The notes: generated by a model from the sequence alone, not told the origin. DNA of 64,000 nucleotides from Candidatus Bathyarchaeia archaeon (GCA_050014495.1 JBEKDF010000002.1:64001-128000), one strand, 5' to 3'; shown: positions 1 to 10,938, counted from the first letter of the stretch. Program-made: numbers and translations.

Positions 1-1
1 C

Positions 2-934
2 CACACGGGGAACAACCTCGCTATGGATGCCTTCGGCCCAATCTCGGACAACGCCGGCGGCATCGCCGAGATGTGCAAGGACGAGTTCGACAGCGAGGAG
101 GGTCAGAGGACCCTCTCCGAGCTCGACGCGACCGGGAACACGACCAAGGCGATCACGAAGGGGATCGCCATCGCCTCCGCCGTTATTGCAGCGGTCAGCC
201 TTTTTGGCTCATACATTGAGACACTTCAGTCCTCTGGGGGTGCCCCTATTGTACTGGATATCGCGGACACACGTGTCTTCGTAGGCATACTGATCGGCGG
301 CGCTTTGCCCTTCCTGTTCAGCTCGGTGCTTCTACGAGCAGTCCAGAGGGCTGCTTCCTTGATAGTTGAGGAGGTACGTAAGCAATTCCACATACCAGGC
401 GTGATGGAGGGTACGGTAAAGCCCGACTACGGCGCCGTGGTCACAATCTGCACACAGGCCGCGCAGAGCGAACTGGTCAGTGTCGCCCTGCTGGCCGTCC
501 TGATGCCGATAGTCGTCGGTCTGCTAATCGGTGATCTGGCGCTGGGCGGCTTCCTCGCTGGGATAATCGTCAGCGGTCAGCTCCTCGCCGTCTTCATGGC
601 GAACGCGGGAGGCGCCTGGGACAATGCCAAGAAGCAGATCGAGGGAGAGCCCAGCGACCCGGCGAACAACACTGGTAAGCGCTCCGAGAGGCATAAAGCG
701 AGCGTCATCGGCGACACGGTTGGAGACCCCCTGAAGGATACAGCGGGACCTGCTCTAAACCCTATGATCAAGGTAGTCAACCTAGTCTCGCTGCTCATTG
801 CCCCGCTGCTGCTAGTCGTCTCCCGCGGAGATGCGAACATGCATATACTCGGTTACGCGATCGGCTTCGTCTTCCTCCTGGTGATCGCCTTCGCGGTCCT
901 CAGGAGCAAGAGGTCTAACCCCCACCAACTATAG
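2..934 (+). CDS. hppA: Membrane H+-translocating pyrophosphatase, C-terminal part (5' truncated by window); K+-independent type
   Basis: DAFGPISDNAGGIAEM, GNTTKA (Lys form of the GNxx[K/A] determinant), GGAWDNAKK, GDTVGDPLKDTAGP; frame open from window start. Confidence 0.95.
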   Translation, partial: HTGNNLAMDAFGPISDNAGGIAEMCKDEFDSEEGQRTLSELDATGNTTKAITKGIAIASAVIAAVSLFGSYIETLQSSGGAPIVLDIADTRVFVGILIGGALPFLFSSVLLRAVQRAASLIVEEVRKQFHIPGVMEGTVKPDYGAVVTICTQAAQSELVSVALLAVLMPIVVGLLIGDLALGGFLAGIIVSGQLLAVFMANAGGAWDNAKKQIEGEPSDPANNTGKRSERHKASVIGDTVGDPLKDTAGPALNPMIKVVNLVSLLIAPLLLVVSRGDANMHILGYAIGFVFLLVIAFAVLRSKRSNPHQL

Positions 935-1087
935 GAAAAACCAAAGGCGGAAATTCGCCTCTGGTATTTTTATTTACACCACCCAGACTCAGCTGGACGA
1001 TTTAGGATTTCTTCTCTTTTTATTAGCGTTTAAACCCATCACTGCGACGAATCAACGTTAAATCCGCATCGGATCCACCTATTCGTC

Positions 1088-2386
1088 ATGTCTAAGGAAT
1101 CCATCAAGAAGAGGGTGCTGGATGTGATAGACACCCGCGCTGACGAGATAATCGAGATCGGTGAGACGATCTGGAGGAACCCGGAGCTCGGCTTCAAGGA
1201 GTGGAAGACGGCTGAGCTCGCAGAGAGGAAGTACGGTGAGATGGGGTGGGCCTACGATTCGAAGATCGGGATCACGGGCTCAAAGGCTTATCTGAAGAAG
1301 AAGGGGAGGGGGCCGGTCATCGGCGTAATCGGTGAGCTGGACGCGATACGCGTACCTGACCACCCGGAGTGCGACCCCATAACTGGGGCGGCCCACTCCT
1401 GCGGCCATAATGCCCAGATGGCGGCTATGCTCGGCGCGGGCTTCGGGCTGAATGAGGTTGTGGGGGAGCTCAATAGCAATGTAGCCCTCCTAGCTGTCCC
1501 CGCAGAGGAGTACCTTGAGATCGACTACAGGAACAGTCTCAGGGAGAAGGGGAAGCTCGAGTTCTTCGGGGGGAAGCAGGAGTTCATCCGCTTAGGCCAC
1601 ATGAAGGATATCACCATCAGTCTCGGGAGCCATACCGACAGCGAGATTACGGAGAAGCTCAGCGTTGGCGGGAGCAACAATGGTTTCGTGGGGAAGATGG
1701 TCCACTACATCGGGCTCGAGGCCCACGCCGGGGGGAGCCCCCATAAGGGTATCAACGCTCTAAACGCAGCGATGCTCGGTCTCATGGGCATTCACGCGCA
1801 GCGGGAGACCTTCAGGGACGAGGATAACATCAGGGTCCACCCCATAATCACGAAGGGCGGGGAGATCGTGAACAATGTCCCAGCTGATGTCCGTATGGAG
1901 AGCTACGTGAGGGGGAAAACTGTTGAGGCGATTAAGGACGCGAACATCAAGGTAAATAGAGCCCTAACAGCGGGGGCGATGACGGTTGGGGCTGAAGTAG
2001 AGATAGACGACCACCCCGGCTACATGCCGTACATCAAGGACGCTGCACTCGATGAGATTCTGAAGGCGAACGCCTCTTCCCTCGTTGGTGAGGGACAGAT
2101 CAAGGTGAAGGGCCATTCAACGGGCTCAACCGACTTGGGCGACGTAAGCTGCATAATGCCAACGACGAGTATCGGCATGGGCGGTTGCACAGGTAGGGGG
2201 CACGGGCGCGACTACAAGATAGTCGACAAGCAGATCGCCTACGTCCTCCCAGCGAAGGTGATGGCGCTAACCTGCATCGATCTCCTCTACGACAAGGCGA
2301 AGCTCGCAAAGGAGATCACGAAGGGGTTCAAGCCAACGATCCCACCTGACGACTATACGGGCTTCATGCAGAGGCTCGTCGCCTAA
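1088..2386 (+). CDS. M20 family amidohydrolase
   Basis: NPELGFKE, GELDA, HSCGHN, PAEE, AHAG, GSTDLGDVS. Confidence 0.9.
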   Translation: MSKESIKKRVLDVIDTRADEIIEIGETIWRNPELGFKEWKTAELAERKYGEMGWAYDSKIGITGSKAYLKKKGRGPVIGVIGELDAIRVPDHPECDPITGAAHSCGHNAQMAAMLGAGFGLNEVVGELNSNVALLAVPAEEYLEIDYRNSLREKGKLEFFGGKQEFIRLGHMKDITISLGSHTDSEITEKLSVGGSNNGFVGKMVHYIGLEAHAGGSPHKGINALNAAMLGLMGIHAQRETFRDEDNIRVHPIITKGGEIVNNVPADVRMESYVRGKTVEAIKDANIKVNRALTAGAMTVGAEVEIDDHPGYMPYIKDAALDEILKANASSLVGEGQIKVKGHSTGSTDLGDVSCIMPTTSIGMGGCTGRGHGRDYKIVDKQIAYVLPAKVMALTCIDLLYDKAKLAKEITKGFKPTIPPDDYTGFMQRLVA

Positions 2387-2434
2387 ACCTCATATCCTCC
2401 CCATTCCCTCCTCCACCAAGGAGGTTGCTTCGAC

Positions 2435-3262
2435 ATGATGGAGTTCAGGGAATTAACAAAGGGCGTAAATATACCCATCCTCGGCCTTGGGACATGGGGC
2501 ATGGGTGGCAGGGAGACCCCTGATAAGGTACGGGATAGCGAGACTGTGACCGCCATAAGGATGGCGGTAGAGCTCGGGTTGACCCACATCGACACCGCCG
2601 AATACTATGGTGCGGGCCACGCTGAAGAGCTAGTCGGTGAGGCGATTGAGGGGATGGACCGTGGGAAGCTCTTCATAACCTCTAAGGTCTGGCACAACCA
2701 CCTACACAGAGATGACCTGCTACGCTCGATTAGGGCGAGCCTCAAACGCCTTGGCAGCGACTATGTTGATCTCTATCTCATCCACTGGCCGAACCCCGAC
2801 GTTTCCCTCAAAGAGACGATGGGCGCGATGGAGGAGTGCCTCCGGGAGGGGCACACCCGTTTTATTGGGGTTAGCAACTTCAGCGCCCAGCTCATGGAGG
2901 AGGCCCAGAATCTCCTCAGGGAGACGAAGCTAGTCGCGAACCAGGTCCAGTACAGTCTCCTCGACCAAAAGCCCCGGATGGAGCTCCTCCCCACATGCCG
3001 GAGGATGGGGGTGAGCCTCATCGCCTACAGGCCACTAGAGAGAGGGGCCATCCTCCAGACACAAAACGTGGTGATGGACGAGATCGCTAAGGCCCATAGC
3101 AAGACCCGCGTTCAAGTCGCTCTAAACTGGCTGATAGCACAAGATAACATATTCACTATTCCCAAGTCGACGAACCCCATCCATATTATGGAGTTCATGG
3201 GGGCCCTCGACTGGCGACTCACCCCGGATGAGTGGAGTCGTTTGGCCGAAGCATACAGGTGA
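2435..3262 (+). CDS. Aldo/keto reductase
   Basis: LGLGTW, IDTAEYYG, DLYLIHWP, IGVSNF, NQVQY, IPKS. Confidence 0.93.
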   Translation: MMEFRELTKGVNIPILGLGTWGMGGRETPDKVRDSETVTAIRMAVELGLTHIDTAEYYGAGHAEELVGEAIEGMDRGKLFITSKVWHNHLHRDDLLRSIRASLKRLGSDYVDLYLIHWPNPDVSLKETMGAMEECLREGHTRFIGVSNFSAQLMEEAQNLLRETKLVANQVQYSLLDQKPRMELLPTCRRMGVSLIAYRPLERGAILQTQNVVMDEIAKAHSKTRVQVALNWLIAQDNIFTIPKSTNPIHIMEFMGALDWRLTPDEWSRLAEAYR

Positions 3263-3263
3263 G

Positions 3264-4157
3264 GTGCCGACGGGCATCCCAGCCGACGCGGTGAGTGTCA
3301 CCGAGTGGCTCATAGAGAGGGGGACGAGCCTCGGATTCCACGTTGAGAGGAACCACGTGAGTCAGGAGGACGGAGCCATCGCGGACGTGGCCTATTTCCT
3401 AAATCCGGGGCAGAAGCCGATCCTCACATTCACGGTCGAGGAGGCGGAATCCATGAGACTTATATCGGGTGCCCTCCAGTGGGCGGGTTTCTCCACGGAG
3501 CCCAAATCGTGGATGCATATCTGTGTCTTCCTCGGCGACCTCGCCAGCATTCCATCGATCCCGAACACTGCTAAACACTACGATGCCCAGAATCTAGATC
3601 GTCTACCCGGTGACCTAGACGAAATCGTGGCACATATGATCAGACTACTCACCCACTACATCGCCCAGGAGGTCATCGATACTGGGGCAGCGATTCGGAG
3701 GATTGCTGCTTCTACCGTCGATTGGCCGAGGGGCAGAAGAAACACACGGCTTGGTTACGTTGCATCTACTAGGTTAACGGGTTATGGGCTGGACTTGTTC
3801 TCCGCCGAGGACAATGAGGATGGCGAGGCAGGTACCATTTTGAAGCCAAGTCGCAAGGTTGTGCCACTGGATTTGGTCAGTGGTGGCTTATCTTTCGAGG
3901 GTGCACTAATGAGGCTCGTTGAGGCCAGAGAGAGGCAACTACTCCTCTCCTCGGAGCATAGGAACTACCCATTCATCTTCTGTCTCAGTACCGGGGAACA
4001 TGGTGGCGAGTCCCGTCTAGAACTTTGGTTCGATGTCGATAAGTCAAACGTCCCCCAGGCCCTGAACTTCTGGGCCCTCGTCGAGGCAGTAGAGGGCTCG
4101 AAGTCAGTCAGCCTGGTCGGCCCATCGGAACGAGTAGCTGAGTTGTTTCTCGCCTAG
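3264..4157 (+). CDS. Hypothetical protein
   Basis: Long ORF; in-frame GTG at 3264 just after the AKR stop is a more plausible start than 3228; no family recognised. Confidence 0.65.
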   Translation: MPTGIPADAVSVTEWLIERGTSLGFHVERNHVSQEDGAIADVAYFLNPGQKPILTFTVEEAESMRLISGALQWAGFSTEPKSWMHICVFLGDLASIPSIPNTAKHYDAQNLDRLPGDLDEIVAHMIRLLTHYIAQEVIDTGAAIRRIAASTVDWPRGRRNTRLGYVASTRLTGYGLDLFSAEDNEDGEAGTILKPSRKVVPLDLVSGGLSFEGALMRLVEARERQLLLSSEHRNYPFIFCLSTGEHGGESRLELWFDVDKSNVPQALNFWALVEAVEGSKSVSLVGPSERVAELFLA

Positions 4158-5434
4158 ATCGGTTCCTCATCCACAGCGCGTCTTGGCTTGAAGTGCCACT
4201 CCAGTAGGCTCGCGGAGCCAAAGAGGGCGATGCTGCTGAAGAGGAAGGTGACCGGGTAGCCGAGGAAGAAGCTGATTGTCCCGCTGAGGAAGCTGCCGAG
4301 GAACAACGCGACGCTGTTTATGGCACTGTAGACTCCGAGGGTGCCCCCCTGCCCCTCTCGGGGGAGGAACCTGTAGAGGAGGGCATTCATGCCTATTGTG
4401 ATGTTCGTGTAGGCCATACCGATGAGGAGGTAGAGGAGGAGCGTCACGTAAAGGACATCGTGACCGAAGAAGTAGAGACTCTCGATAGCCCCGAAGAGGA
4501 AGGCCATCGCCCTGAGGCTGAGGAACTCTACCAACATGCCGGGGTCCCCTTTCCTGCTGAAGCCGCTGAGCCTTTGGGAGGCGGCGAGCCCGTTTATGCA
4601 CGTGATGAAGATGCTTAGCCCCGTAATCTCGAGGTAGGTGAGGTTGTTCGCGTTGAGGAATGGGGTGTAGCTGGTGAAGAATAGGTTGGCGCCGAGGAAG
4701 AAGAGGGCATTCGTTGCCATTATGATTGGGATATCCCTTGTCACCGTGCTCCGGGCCCCGTCGACGAGTCCCTTGAAGTCCTCCAACTTGGGGACCTTTA
4801 GAATGAGCACAGGGAGGTGGGTTAGGCGGGAGATGAGGGCATCGGGGTCGAATGCTATCGCCTGCCTCTCCGTCTTCGTCTTCGAGTCCTTCACGAGTAC
4901 TATGCACGCCACGAGCAGCGCGGTGCTGAATGCGATGGGGAGCAAGGCCACAGCCGTGAGGGGGAGGGACGTCAGGACGAGGAAGCTGAGAGTATTCCCC
5001 GTGAGGCTTCCGTAGATCATGTACTTGAAGCTGAAGGCGCTCCCCTCGCCGAGGTTCTCCTTGGCTACGGTGTCCATGAGGAGAAGGCTGAAGATGGTGG
5101 GGCTGAAGCTGCTGAAGAAGCTGTAGATGGCGTAGAATCCGATTATGAAGTTGATGTCCCCAGATAACGCAATAATGCTAAGAGTGAGCAGTTGCCCGAC
5201 GGCGCTCAGCACAAGGATGGGGCGCCTCTTCCCGATGTAGTCGGCGATCCTTCCACCGATGAATGCTGAGGGTATCAGGGAGATGTTGTAGGCCGAGCTG
5301 GCGAGGCCGACGCTTAGCACGCTCCCACCGAGGTCGAGGATGCGTAGCGTGATGTAGGTCCCTATGCAGCTCTGTATTGCGTAGAAGGGTATGATGATGT
5401 AGAGCCAGGGAGGCTTCACGAACTTCTCCGCCAA
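4154..5434 (-). CDS. MFS transporter
   Basis: About 12 hydrophobic segments; motif A GRIADYIGKRR. Confidence 0.88.
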   Translation of the reverse strand: MAEKFVKPPWLYIIIPFYAIQSCIGTYITLRILDLGGSVLSVGLASSAYNISLIPSAFIGGRIADYIGKRRPILVLSAVGQLLTLSIIALSGDINFIIGFYAIYSFFSSFSPTIFSLLLMDTVAKENLGEGSAFSFKYMIYGSLTGNTLSFLVLTSLPLTAVALLPIAFSTALLVACIVLVKDSKTKTERQAIAFDPDALISRLTHLPVLILKVPKLEDFKGLVDGARSTVTRDIPIIMATNALFFLGANLFFTSYTPFLNANNLTYLEITGLSIFITCINGLAASQRLSGFSRKGDPGMLVEFLSLRAMAFLFGAIESLYFFGHDVLYVTLLLYLLIGMAYTNITIGMNALLYRFLPREGQGGTLGVYSAINSVALFLGSFLSGTISFFLGYPVTFLFSSIALFGSASLLEWHFKPRRAVDEEPI

Positions 5435-5529
5435 GTTTTAATCTACCACGACTCAGATACCTGCGTTAATCTCACAGGATTAATAAGGGTTGATGGCTGA
5501 CGAAGCGCTCAAATTTCTCCTGGTGGCTG

Positions 5530-7164
5530 ATGCCCATCGCAACAGGCGTCGTGGCAGGGGTCGCTGCTTCGGGGATAAACGGAGTCATCTTCTACGCCTG
5601 GGAGATTTTCTATCAGGACGCCTTGAAGACGCCCACCCTCTTCTTCATCTTCCCATTCACGGGCCTTGTGCTTAGCTATTTCCTCGTCCACCTACTCGCT
5701 TGGTACAGGACGCCTAAGAGCAGCTTCCACATGATCCTAGAGGTCTTCCATCTGACGCCGAGCGGTATGATGCCGAGGGAGGCGATCGTGAAGACGGCGT
5801 CGGGGGTCGCCACCTCGATCTTCGGTGGCTCCGCCGGCCCTGAGGGGCCCTCCATGGTAATCTCTGGGGGTTTCTCCAGCTGGCTGAACAAGATACTTCG
5901 ACTACGGATGGACTCGGGGAAGGCGCTCATGATAGGCGTCGCCGCGGGCTTCTCCGCCAGTTTCAAGACACCTCTAACGGGACTCCTCTTCGCGCTTGAG
6001 CTCCCATACAGGAGGGATCTCGAGAAGGAGTCATTCATCGAGGCAGCGATAGCGAGCTCCACGGCTTACCTAGTTTCAGTCGCCTTAGGGGCACCGAGTC
6101 TCGTTCCCAATCTCCAGCTCGACATCCCTGCGCTTCCGCTTATCTGGCTGCCAATAGCTATGGGCTTCGGACTCGCCACGGGTGGAATAGTGTTCGTCTT
6201 CACAAGCGCCTACGCGGCTTGTGAGAGGCTCGCCAAACAGATTATAGTTATGGGAGGCTACCCGCTGATGCTGCTCGTTGGCGGCTTCGTCTTGGGCACG
6301 ATCGGGTACTTCGTGCCTGAGGCAGTGGGGCCCGGGTTCCAGATGGTCCCGCTCCTCACTGGGGGTTCACTGATAGCGTTGGGTGTGGTGCTTTTGCTGA
6401 GGACGGTCGCCACGGGCGTGACGATGAACTTTGGGGGGACGGGTGGACTTTTTCTCCCCACGCTTCTCCTCGGAGGCGCGTGGGGAGCCATAGTTGGCAC
6501 GGTGCTGTTGCCTGCGATGACCCCCGTCTTCATACTCATGGGGATGGCGGCGTTCTCCGCGGGCGTCCATAAGATGATGCTGACCCCCATCATATTCATG
6601 GCCGAGGTATTTGGCGCCCATACCATCATCCCCATTATACTAGCCACCGTCGTCTGCTTCTTCGTCTCAGGTGCCTACAGCTTCTACCCCATCCAGCCCA
6701 CGAATAAGGTCAGCCATGAGGAGCTTGCGCTGGAGAGGTTCTACTATAAGGTGATGAGGAGTAAGCCGAAGGAGCTGGAGAAGCTGACGGCTGAGGACAT
6801 CTCAACTAAGAACCCGTTAGAGCTCGAGGCGGGCTTAAGCGTTAGGGAGGCTATGGACGCCTTTGGGAAAACTAGCTTCCGGGTCATGCCAGTCGTCGAC
6901 CCGGAAGAGCACGTCATCGGCTACGTCACTCTCGAGGACCTAGCATTTCTCTCCAAAACGATGCTGGATACTCCGTTGAGCACGATCGAACTACACCCCC
7001 CGATTGTGTTCCGTGAGGAGGAGAGTGTAATGAAGGTGATTGAGGAGATGATCGAGAGAAAGGAGGACCATTGCTTTGTCGTCGATGGCGATAAGAAACT
7101 CACCGGGATCATCTCAACCATAGATGTGACGCGATTGCTTATGCGCTACTATACTCAAATCTAG
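5530..7164 (+). CDS. ClC-family chloride channel/transporter with C-terminal CBS pair
   Basis: GGSAGPEGP, FKTPLTGLLFALE, GGTGGLFLP, two CBS repeats; start may lie a few codons upstream. Confidence 0.9.
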   Translation: MPIATGVVAGVAASGINGVIFYAWEIFYQDALKTPTLFFIFPFTGLVLSYFLVHLLAWYRTPKSSFHMILEVFHLTPSGMMPREAIVKTASGVATSIFGGSAGPEGPSMVISGGFSSWLNKILRLRMDSGKALMIGVAAGFSASFKTPLTGLLFALELPYRRDLEKESFIEAAIASSTAYLVSVALGAPSLVPNLQLDIPALPLIWLPIAMGFGLATGGIVFVFTSAYAACERLAKQIIVMGGYPLMLLVGGFVLGTIGYFVPEAVGPGFQMVPLLTGGSLIALGVVLLLRTVATGVTMNFGGTGGLFLPTLLLGGAWGAIVGTVLLPAMTPVFILMGMAAFSAGVHKMMLTPIIFMAEVFGAHTIIPIILATVVCFFVSGAYSFYPIQPTNKVSHEELALERFYYKVMRSKPKELEKLTAEDISTKNPLELEAGLSVREAMDAFGKTSFRVMPVVDPEEHVIGYVTLEDLAFLSKTMLDTPLSTIELHPPIVFREEESVMKVIEEMIERKEDHCFVVDGDKKLTGIISTIDVTRLLMRYYTQI

Positions 7165-8138
7165 GTCCTTCTATTCCCTATTCTCAGGGTCTCGTAAGTA
7201 CCATATCCATCCTTCACGCCGTCAAGCTCGTACTCACCGAAGCTCTGAGCGAGGATGGATACCTCACCGTGCTCGTCGATGAATGGAATCGGTACAACGG
7301 GCCCCGCCTTCCCCTTGAGAACATGCTTCGCATCGTCGGCGTCGGTCAGCTCCAAGACAGAGCTCACGGGTATGACGCCATTCTTGAACTGCTGATTGAG
7401 TATATGTATGCCCACGATTGGGATGTTCCTTCCCTCCTTCCAGAGGAACCCTCCGACGCTTAGCCTCCCATCGTCGAGGGCTATCGCTGCGGGGTTCACA
7501 GCCAACCCCTCATTGAACCAGACGACGTAGTAGAGCCAATCTCCGACGCCCGTCCAGTCGCGGACTCCGTGCGTGTGGTCCCGCTGACCTATGACATCGG
7601 TGAGTCTATACACATCTCCCCCGACTCGTACCTCGCCGCTGATCTTCGCGACCTGCTCCCAGTGCTCATCCCCGCTCTTCTTACCGATTTCCCGAGACTC
7701 CGGCGTCATATGATCGCTGTACTCGTAGGTCTCGTTGATGGGGTCAAAGTGAAGGTCGAGAAATACGGGGGCCAGCCGCGTGATAAGGGCTGGGTCATCC
7801 CTTATCCTGGGAAAGTCAGCGGGGTCACTGATGATTGCGGCTCCGCCGTTGAACCTGTAACTCCAGGAGCCATCCAGCTGCCTTGCGTGTGTCATTCCAC
7901 AGGCTTTGAGGGCTTCAGGGTAGGAACTAATCTTCTCGGCTCCTTGGAAGGTGGCTACGGAACCGTCTGGGAGGAAGAGTAGGAGGAAGATTGAGCCCTC
8001 TCCCTTATTTGGCTTGAAGCCCAGGCGCGTCATCCCACTTAGCCGGCTTCGCCTGTCGCTGAAGCAGAGATAGTAGCTCTCATTCCACTCACGGTGGGTT
8101 CCCGGCGTGTGGGTTAGCGGCTCCATTCCCCTATTCAA
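7161..8138 (-). CDS. Uncharacterised beta-rich protein (tocopherol-cyclase/AttH-like), overlapping the PEP-utilising enzyme gene
   Basis: WNESYY, HWEQ...G.V...G, GQRDHTHGVRDW motifs. Confidence 0.6.
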   Translation of the reverse strand: MNRGMEPLTHTPGTHREWNESYYLCFSDRRSRLSGMTRLGFKPNKGEGSIFLLLFLPDGSVATFQGAEKISSYPEALKACGMTHARQLDGSWSYRFNGGAAIISDPADFPRIRDDPALITRLAPVFLDLHFDPINETYEYSDHMTPESREIGKKSGDEHWEQVAKISGEVRVGGDVYRLTDVIGQRDHTHGVRDWTGVGDWLYYVVWFNEGLAVNPAAIALDDGRLSVGGFLWKEGRNIPIVGIHILNQQFKNGVIPVSSVLELTDADDAKHVLKGKAGPVVPIPFIDEHGEVSILAQSFGEYELDGVKDGYGTYETLRIGNRRT

Positions 8139-10848
8139 GCGTCACAATCCCCCTCACGCCATCTATGGTAACTCTCTGCCCAGTCTTGAAGAGGCTACAC
8201 GCGGCGTGCACGTTTGTCACCGCGGGTATACCGTACTCTCGGCTCACAACAGCGCCGTGGCTGAGTACTCCACCCATCTCGGTGACGAGGCCACCTATCT
8301 TACTGAAGACCGGCGTCCACCCCGGGTCCGTCCTCGGCACAACGAGTATCTCACCCGTCTGCACCTGCCAGATGTCGTCGATGCTTCCAAGCACCCGCAC
8401 GGGGGCGGTGAGCACACCCTGACTGGCTGGTATCCCCCTGAATGTGCTAGACTCGTCTGGCGGTGGGTCGTTAAACTCCCTCTCACCCTGCAGGAACTTT
8501 GGGGGCGTTGAGTTCTCGTATCGGAGGAACTCGGCCCTTCTCGACTCAATGTAAGAGCGGATCGTTTCTGCTGTTTCTTTAGAATCTCTCAGTGCAAGGC
8601 TTCTAACCTCCGACTTGGTTAGGAAGAAAATATCCGAGGGTTGGCTGATTATCCCCTTTTCTACAAGCCTCGCGCCTAGGGCAAGGTGGAGCTGCCTACT
8701 CATGGTAATCCACTTGTCGAGGGTGAAGCGCTGCTGCTCCCTGAAGACAATATATCGCCTTGCGTTGCCAAGGATGCCCGAGAGGAGGCTCCACTTTGCG
8801 AAGCCAAAGATTTGCCCATCAATGGCTGTCTTAACATTCGCCTCTGTCTCGAGCCTGAGTTTTCCACTCCTTTCCTCCGCTGCTGCGACATCGATGGCGT
8901 CCCCGGAGACCAGGGATTTGAGTATGTCAAATACGTACTTCGGCTCGTCCCCCCATCGCGGATAGTAGACCTCGCGGGTGAAGCCCCTGACCCCGTACTC
9001 GGTTAGGAAGGCATCGAAATCGGTCTTGAACTCAGCCACCTCTTTTAGGTTTGATGTTGAGAGTAGATCGTAGAGATTTATCGAGGGCTTCTCGAGTATC
9101 ATTCTTCTCAACTCCGGGGATGCCCTTATTTTCACTGATAGTTCTTCGATCTCTGCGTTCGTCTCACTCGTCTTATGTTTAAGACCGGAGACGAGTATAG
9201 GGTACACCCTCCTCCCCTCCTCAGCGCCGAGGAACCTCACCAAAAGGTACTGGGTGATAAGATTCATGCCAATGTTGTGAACTGGGATGCCGTATCGAAC
9301 CAAGCGATAGTGGCCGATCATCAGCTCGTGGATCTCGTCTGCGAGTTCAATGTATCCACTGAGGGTGGCACCATCGACAGCCCTAAGCCTCTCATCGAAG
9401 CTGAGGAAGAATGGGTCGAACTCCCTCAGCACCCACTCCTCATAAGCCTTGTCGGTCTTGCCTCCCGAACCGTTAGGGTCCTTGAAGGTGACACGTACTT
9501 CCGCCCATATGCGCCCGATAGTGTTGAAGCGGAGTCTTCTCATAGTCTCCTTTCCATAGGGGCCTGAGCCCTCGGGGAAGTAGTTGAGGACGTCGTTGTT
9601 CCTCAGGAAGGGAGGTATCTCGTTCTCCACCTTCCTCTTTAGGACCTCGAGGTTGAAGTAGGCATGCGCCTTGTGGAGTCGGAGTAGCTGTCTAGTCTTC
9701 TCAGAGTCTAGCGACTTGTACCCCATTATGTCGTTGAGCTCGATGTTAACGTACTGGGTCAGGTGGTCACCGAGCAGCTCAAAGTAGAGGGGTGTCACCG
9801 GGTCGTTCCAGTAGTCATCACTATAACCCCGGGTCCATAGAATCTCGTCGGCTGCCTCAATGCGTAAAGTCGTGATGGGGCGACTCTGTAGGATGTATAA
9901 CTTTTCCTCTTCCCCTATGCTCCATTCGATGTCCTGGGGGGAGCCCAACACCGCTTCAATCTTCGCTCCGACCTGTGCTAGCTCCAGAGCTTTCTCATCG
10001 GTTAAGCTAGGTTTCGAGCCTTGAGTTTCTTCGAGGTCGATGTACTCGACCCCATCTCTCGATGCCTGAGCGATCGTGGTCTTTGTCCCTATTTCCTTTG
10101 CTAGTACCCTGAAGCCTTCTCTATCTCTGCCGAGGACATACTTGTCGGGTGTTGCCCTGCCGCTGACGAGGGCCTCCCCGAGTCCGAAGGTGGACTCGAT
10201 GAGGAACTCGGAGCCGTCGGTTGTTAAGGGGCTTACCGTGAACATGACGCCACTGCTGCGGGAGGGCACCATTTCCTGGATTAGAACGGCCATCTTCGCG
10301 TCCTCGTAGCTCACGCTGTTCCTGTGCATGTATGAGAGTGCTCGCCCCGTCCAGAGGGAGGCGTAGCAGCCTTTCACAGATTCGATGACGGAATCTGCAC
10401 CTCGAACGTTGAGGAAGGTTTCCAGCTGGCCAGCGAAGCTGGCTGTACCGAGGTCCTCGGATGTTGCGGATGAGCGGACGGCGACTGGTTTCCCGCCCAT
10501 TCCTTTGAGCCTTTCCCTGATCTCCGACGCGAGTTCCATGGGGAAACTCGACCCCTCGATCGCCTCCCTAATCTTCCTCGCGTATTCCTCGACCGACCTC
10601 GGGTCATTATAGTCTATGCCCGCGAGCTCACTCTCGATTTGGCTTTGCAGTCCCTTATTCTCGTTTACGAATAGAGTGTAAGCCGCGGTGGTAACAACGA
10701 AGCCATCGGGGACGGGGAAACCTTTGTCTATAAGGTCATTGAGGTTGGCTGCTTTACTGCCTACCTTACTTACGTCACCTCGGGAGGCATCAGAGAGGCT
10801 GACTATAAGCTCTGACTCGGGCATGGAAAAGGCTTCTTTGTATTTCAT
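8131..10848 (-). CDS. PEP-synthase-like dikinase with rifampin-phosphotransferase/PigC domain order (ATP-grasp, substrate domain, phospho-His swivel domain)
   Basis: VGSKAANL, AVRSSATSED, QDIEW, LQSRPIT; C-terminal TDPGWTP...GGVLSHGAVVSREYGIPAV; no C-terminal PEP/pyruvate barrel. Confidence 0.88.
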   Translation of the reverse strand: MKYKEAFSMPESELIVSLSDASRGDVSKVGSKAANLNDLIDKGFPVPDGFVVTTAAYTLFVNENKGLQSQIESELAGIDYNDPRSVEEYARKIREAIEGSSFPMELASEIRERLKGMGGKPVAVRSSATSEDLGTASFAGQLETFLNVRGADSVIESVKGCYASLWTGRALSYMHRNSVSYEDAKMAVLIQEMVPSRSSGVMFTVSPLTTDGSEFLIESTFGLGEALVSGRATPDKYVLGRDREGFRVLAKEIGTKTTIAQASRDGVEYIDLEETQGSKPSLTDEKALELAQVGAKIEAVLGSPQDIEWSIGEEEKLYILQSRPITTLRIEAADEILWTRGYSDDYWNDPVTPLYFELLGDHLTQYVNIELNDIMGYKSLDSEKTRQLLRLHKAHAYFNLEVLKRKVENEIPPFLRNNDVLNYFPEGSGPYGKETMRRLRFNTIGRIWAEVRVTFKDPNGSGGKTDKAYEEWVLREFDPFFLSFDERLRAVDGATLSGYIELADEIHELMIGHYRLVRYGIPVHNIGMNLITQYLLVRFLGAEEGRRVYPILVSGLKHKTSETNAEIEELSVKIRASPELRRMILEKPSINLYDLLSTSNLKEVAEFKTDFDAFLTEYGVRGFTREVYYPRWGDEPKYVFDILKSLVSGDAIDVAAAEERSGKLRLETEANVKTAIDGQIFGFAKWSLLSGILGNARRYIVFREQQRFTLDKWITMSRQLHLALGARLVEKGIISQPSDIFFLTKSEVRSLALRDSKETAETIRSYIESRRAEFLRYENSTPPKFLQGEREFNDPPPDESSTFRGIPASQGVLTAPVRVLGSIDDIWQVQTGEILVVPRTDPGWTPVFSKIGGLVTEMGGVLSHGAVVSREYGIPAVTNVHAACSLFKTGQRVTIDGVRGIVTLE

Positions 10849-10938
10849 ATTTAACTGTGGCTTGTTTCGCAGCGGCTTAGTCCCGGGTCTTGCTTAACTG
10901 TTAAATCTTCTTCGGCCCGATTAGTCTCAGAACCAACC

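Noticed and set aside
5435..5530. Fluoride riboswitch before the ClC gene
   Set aside because: No GATG...AAC...CTGATGAC-type consensus seen.
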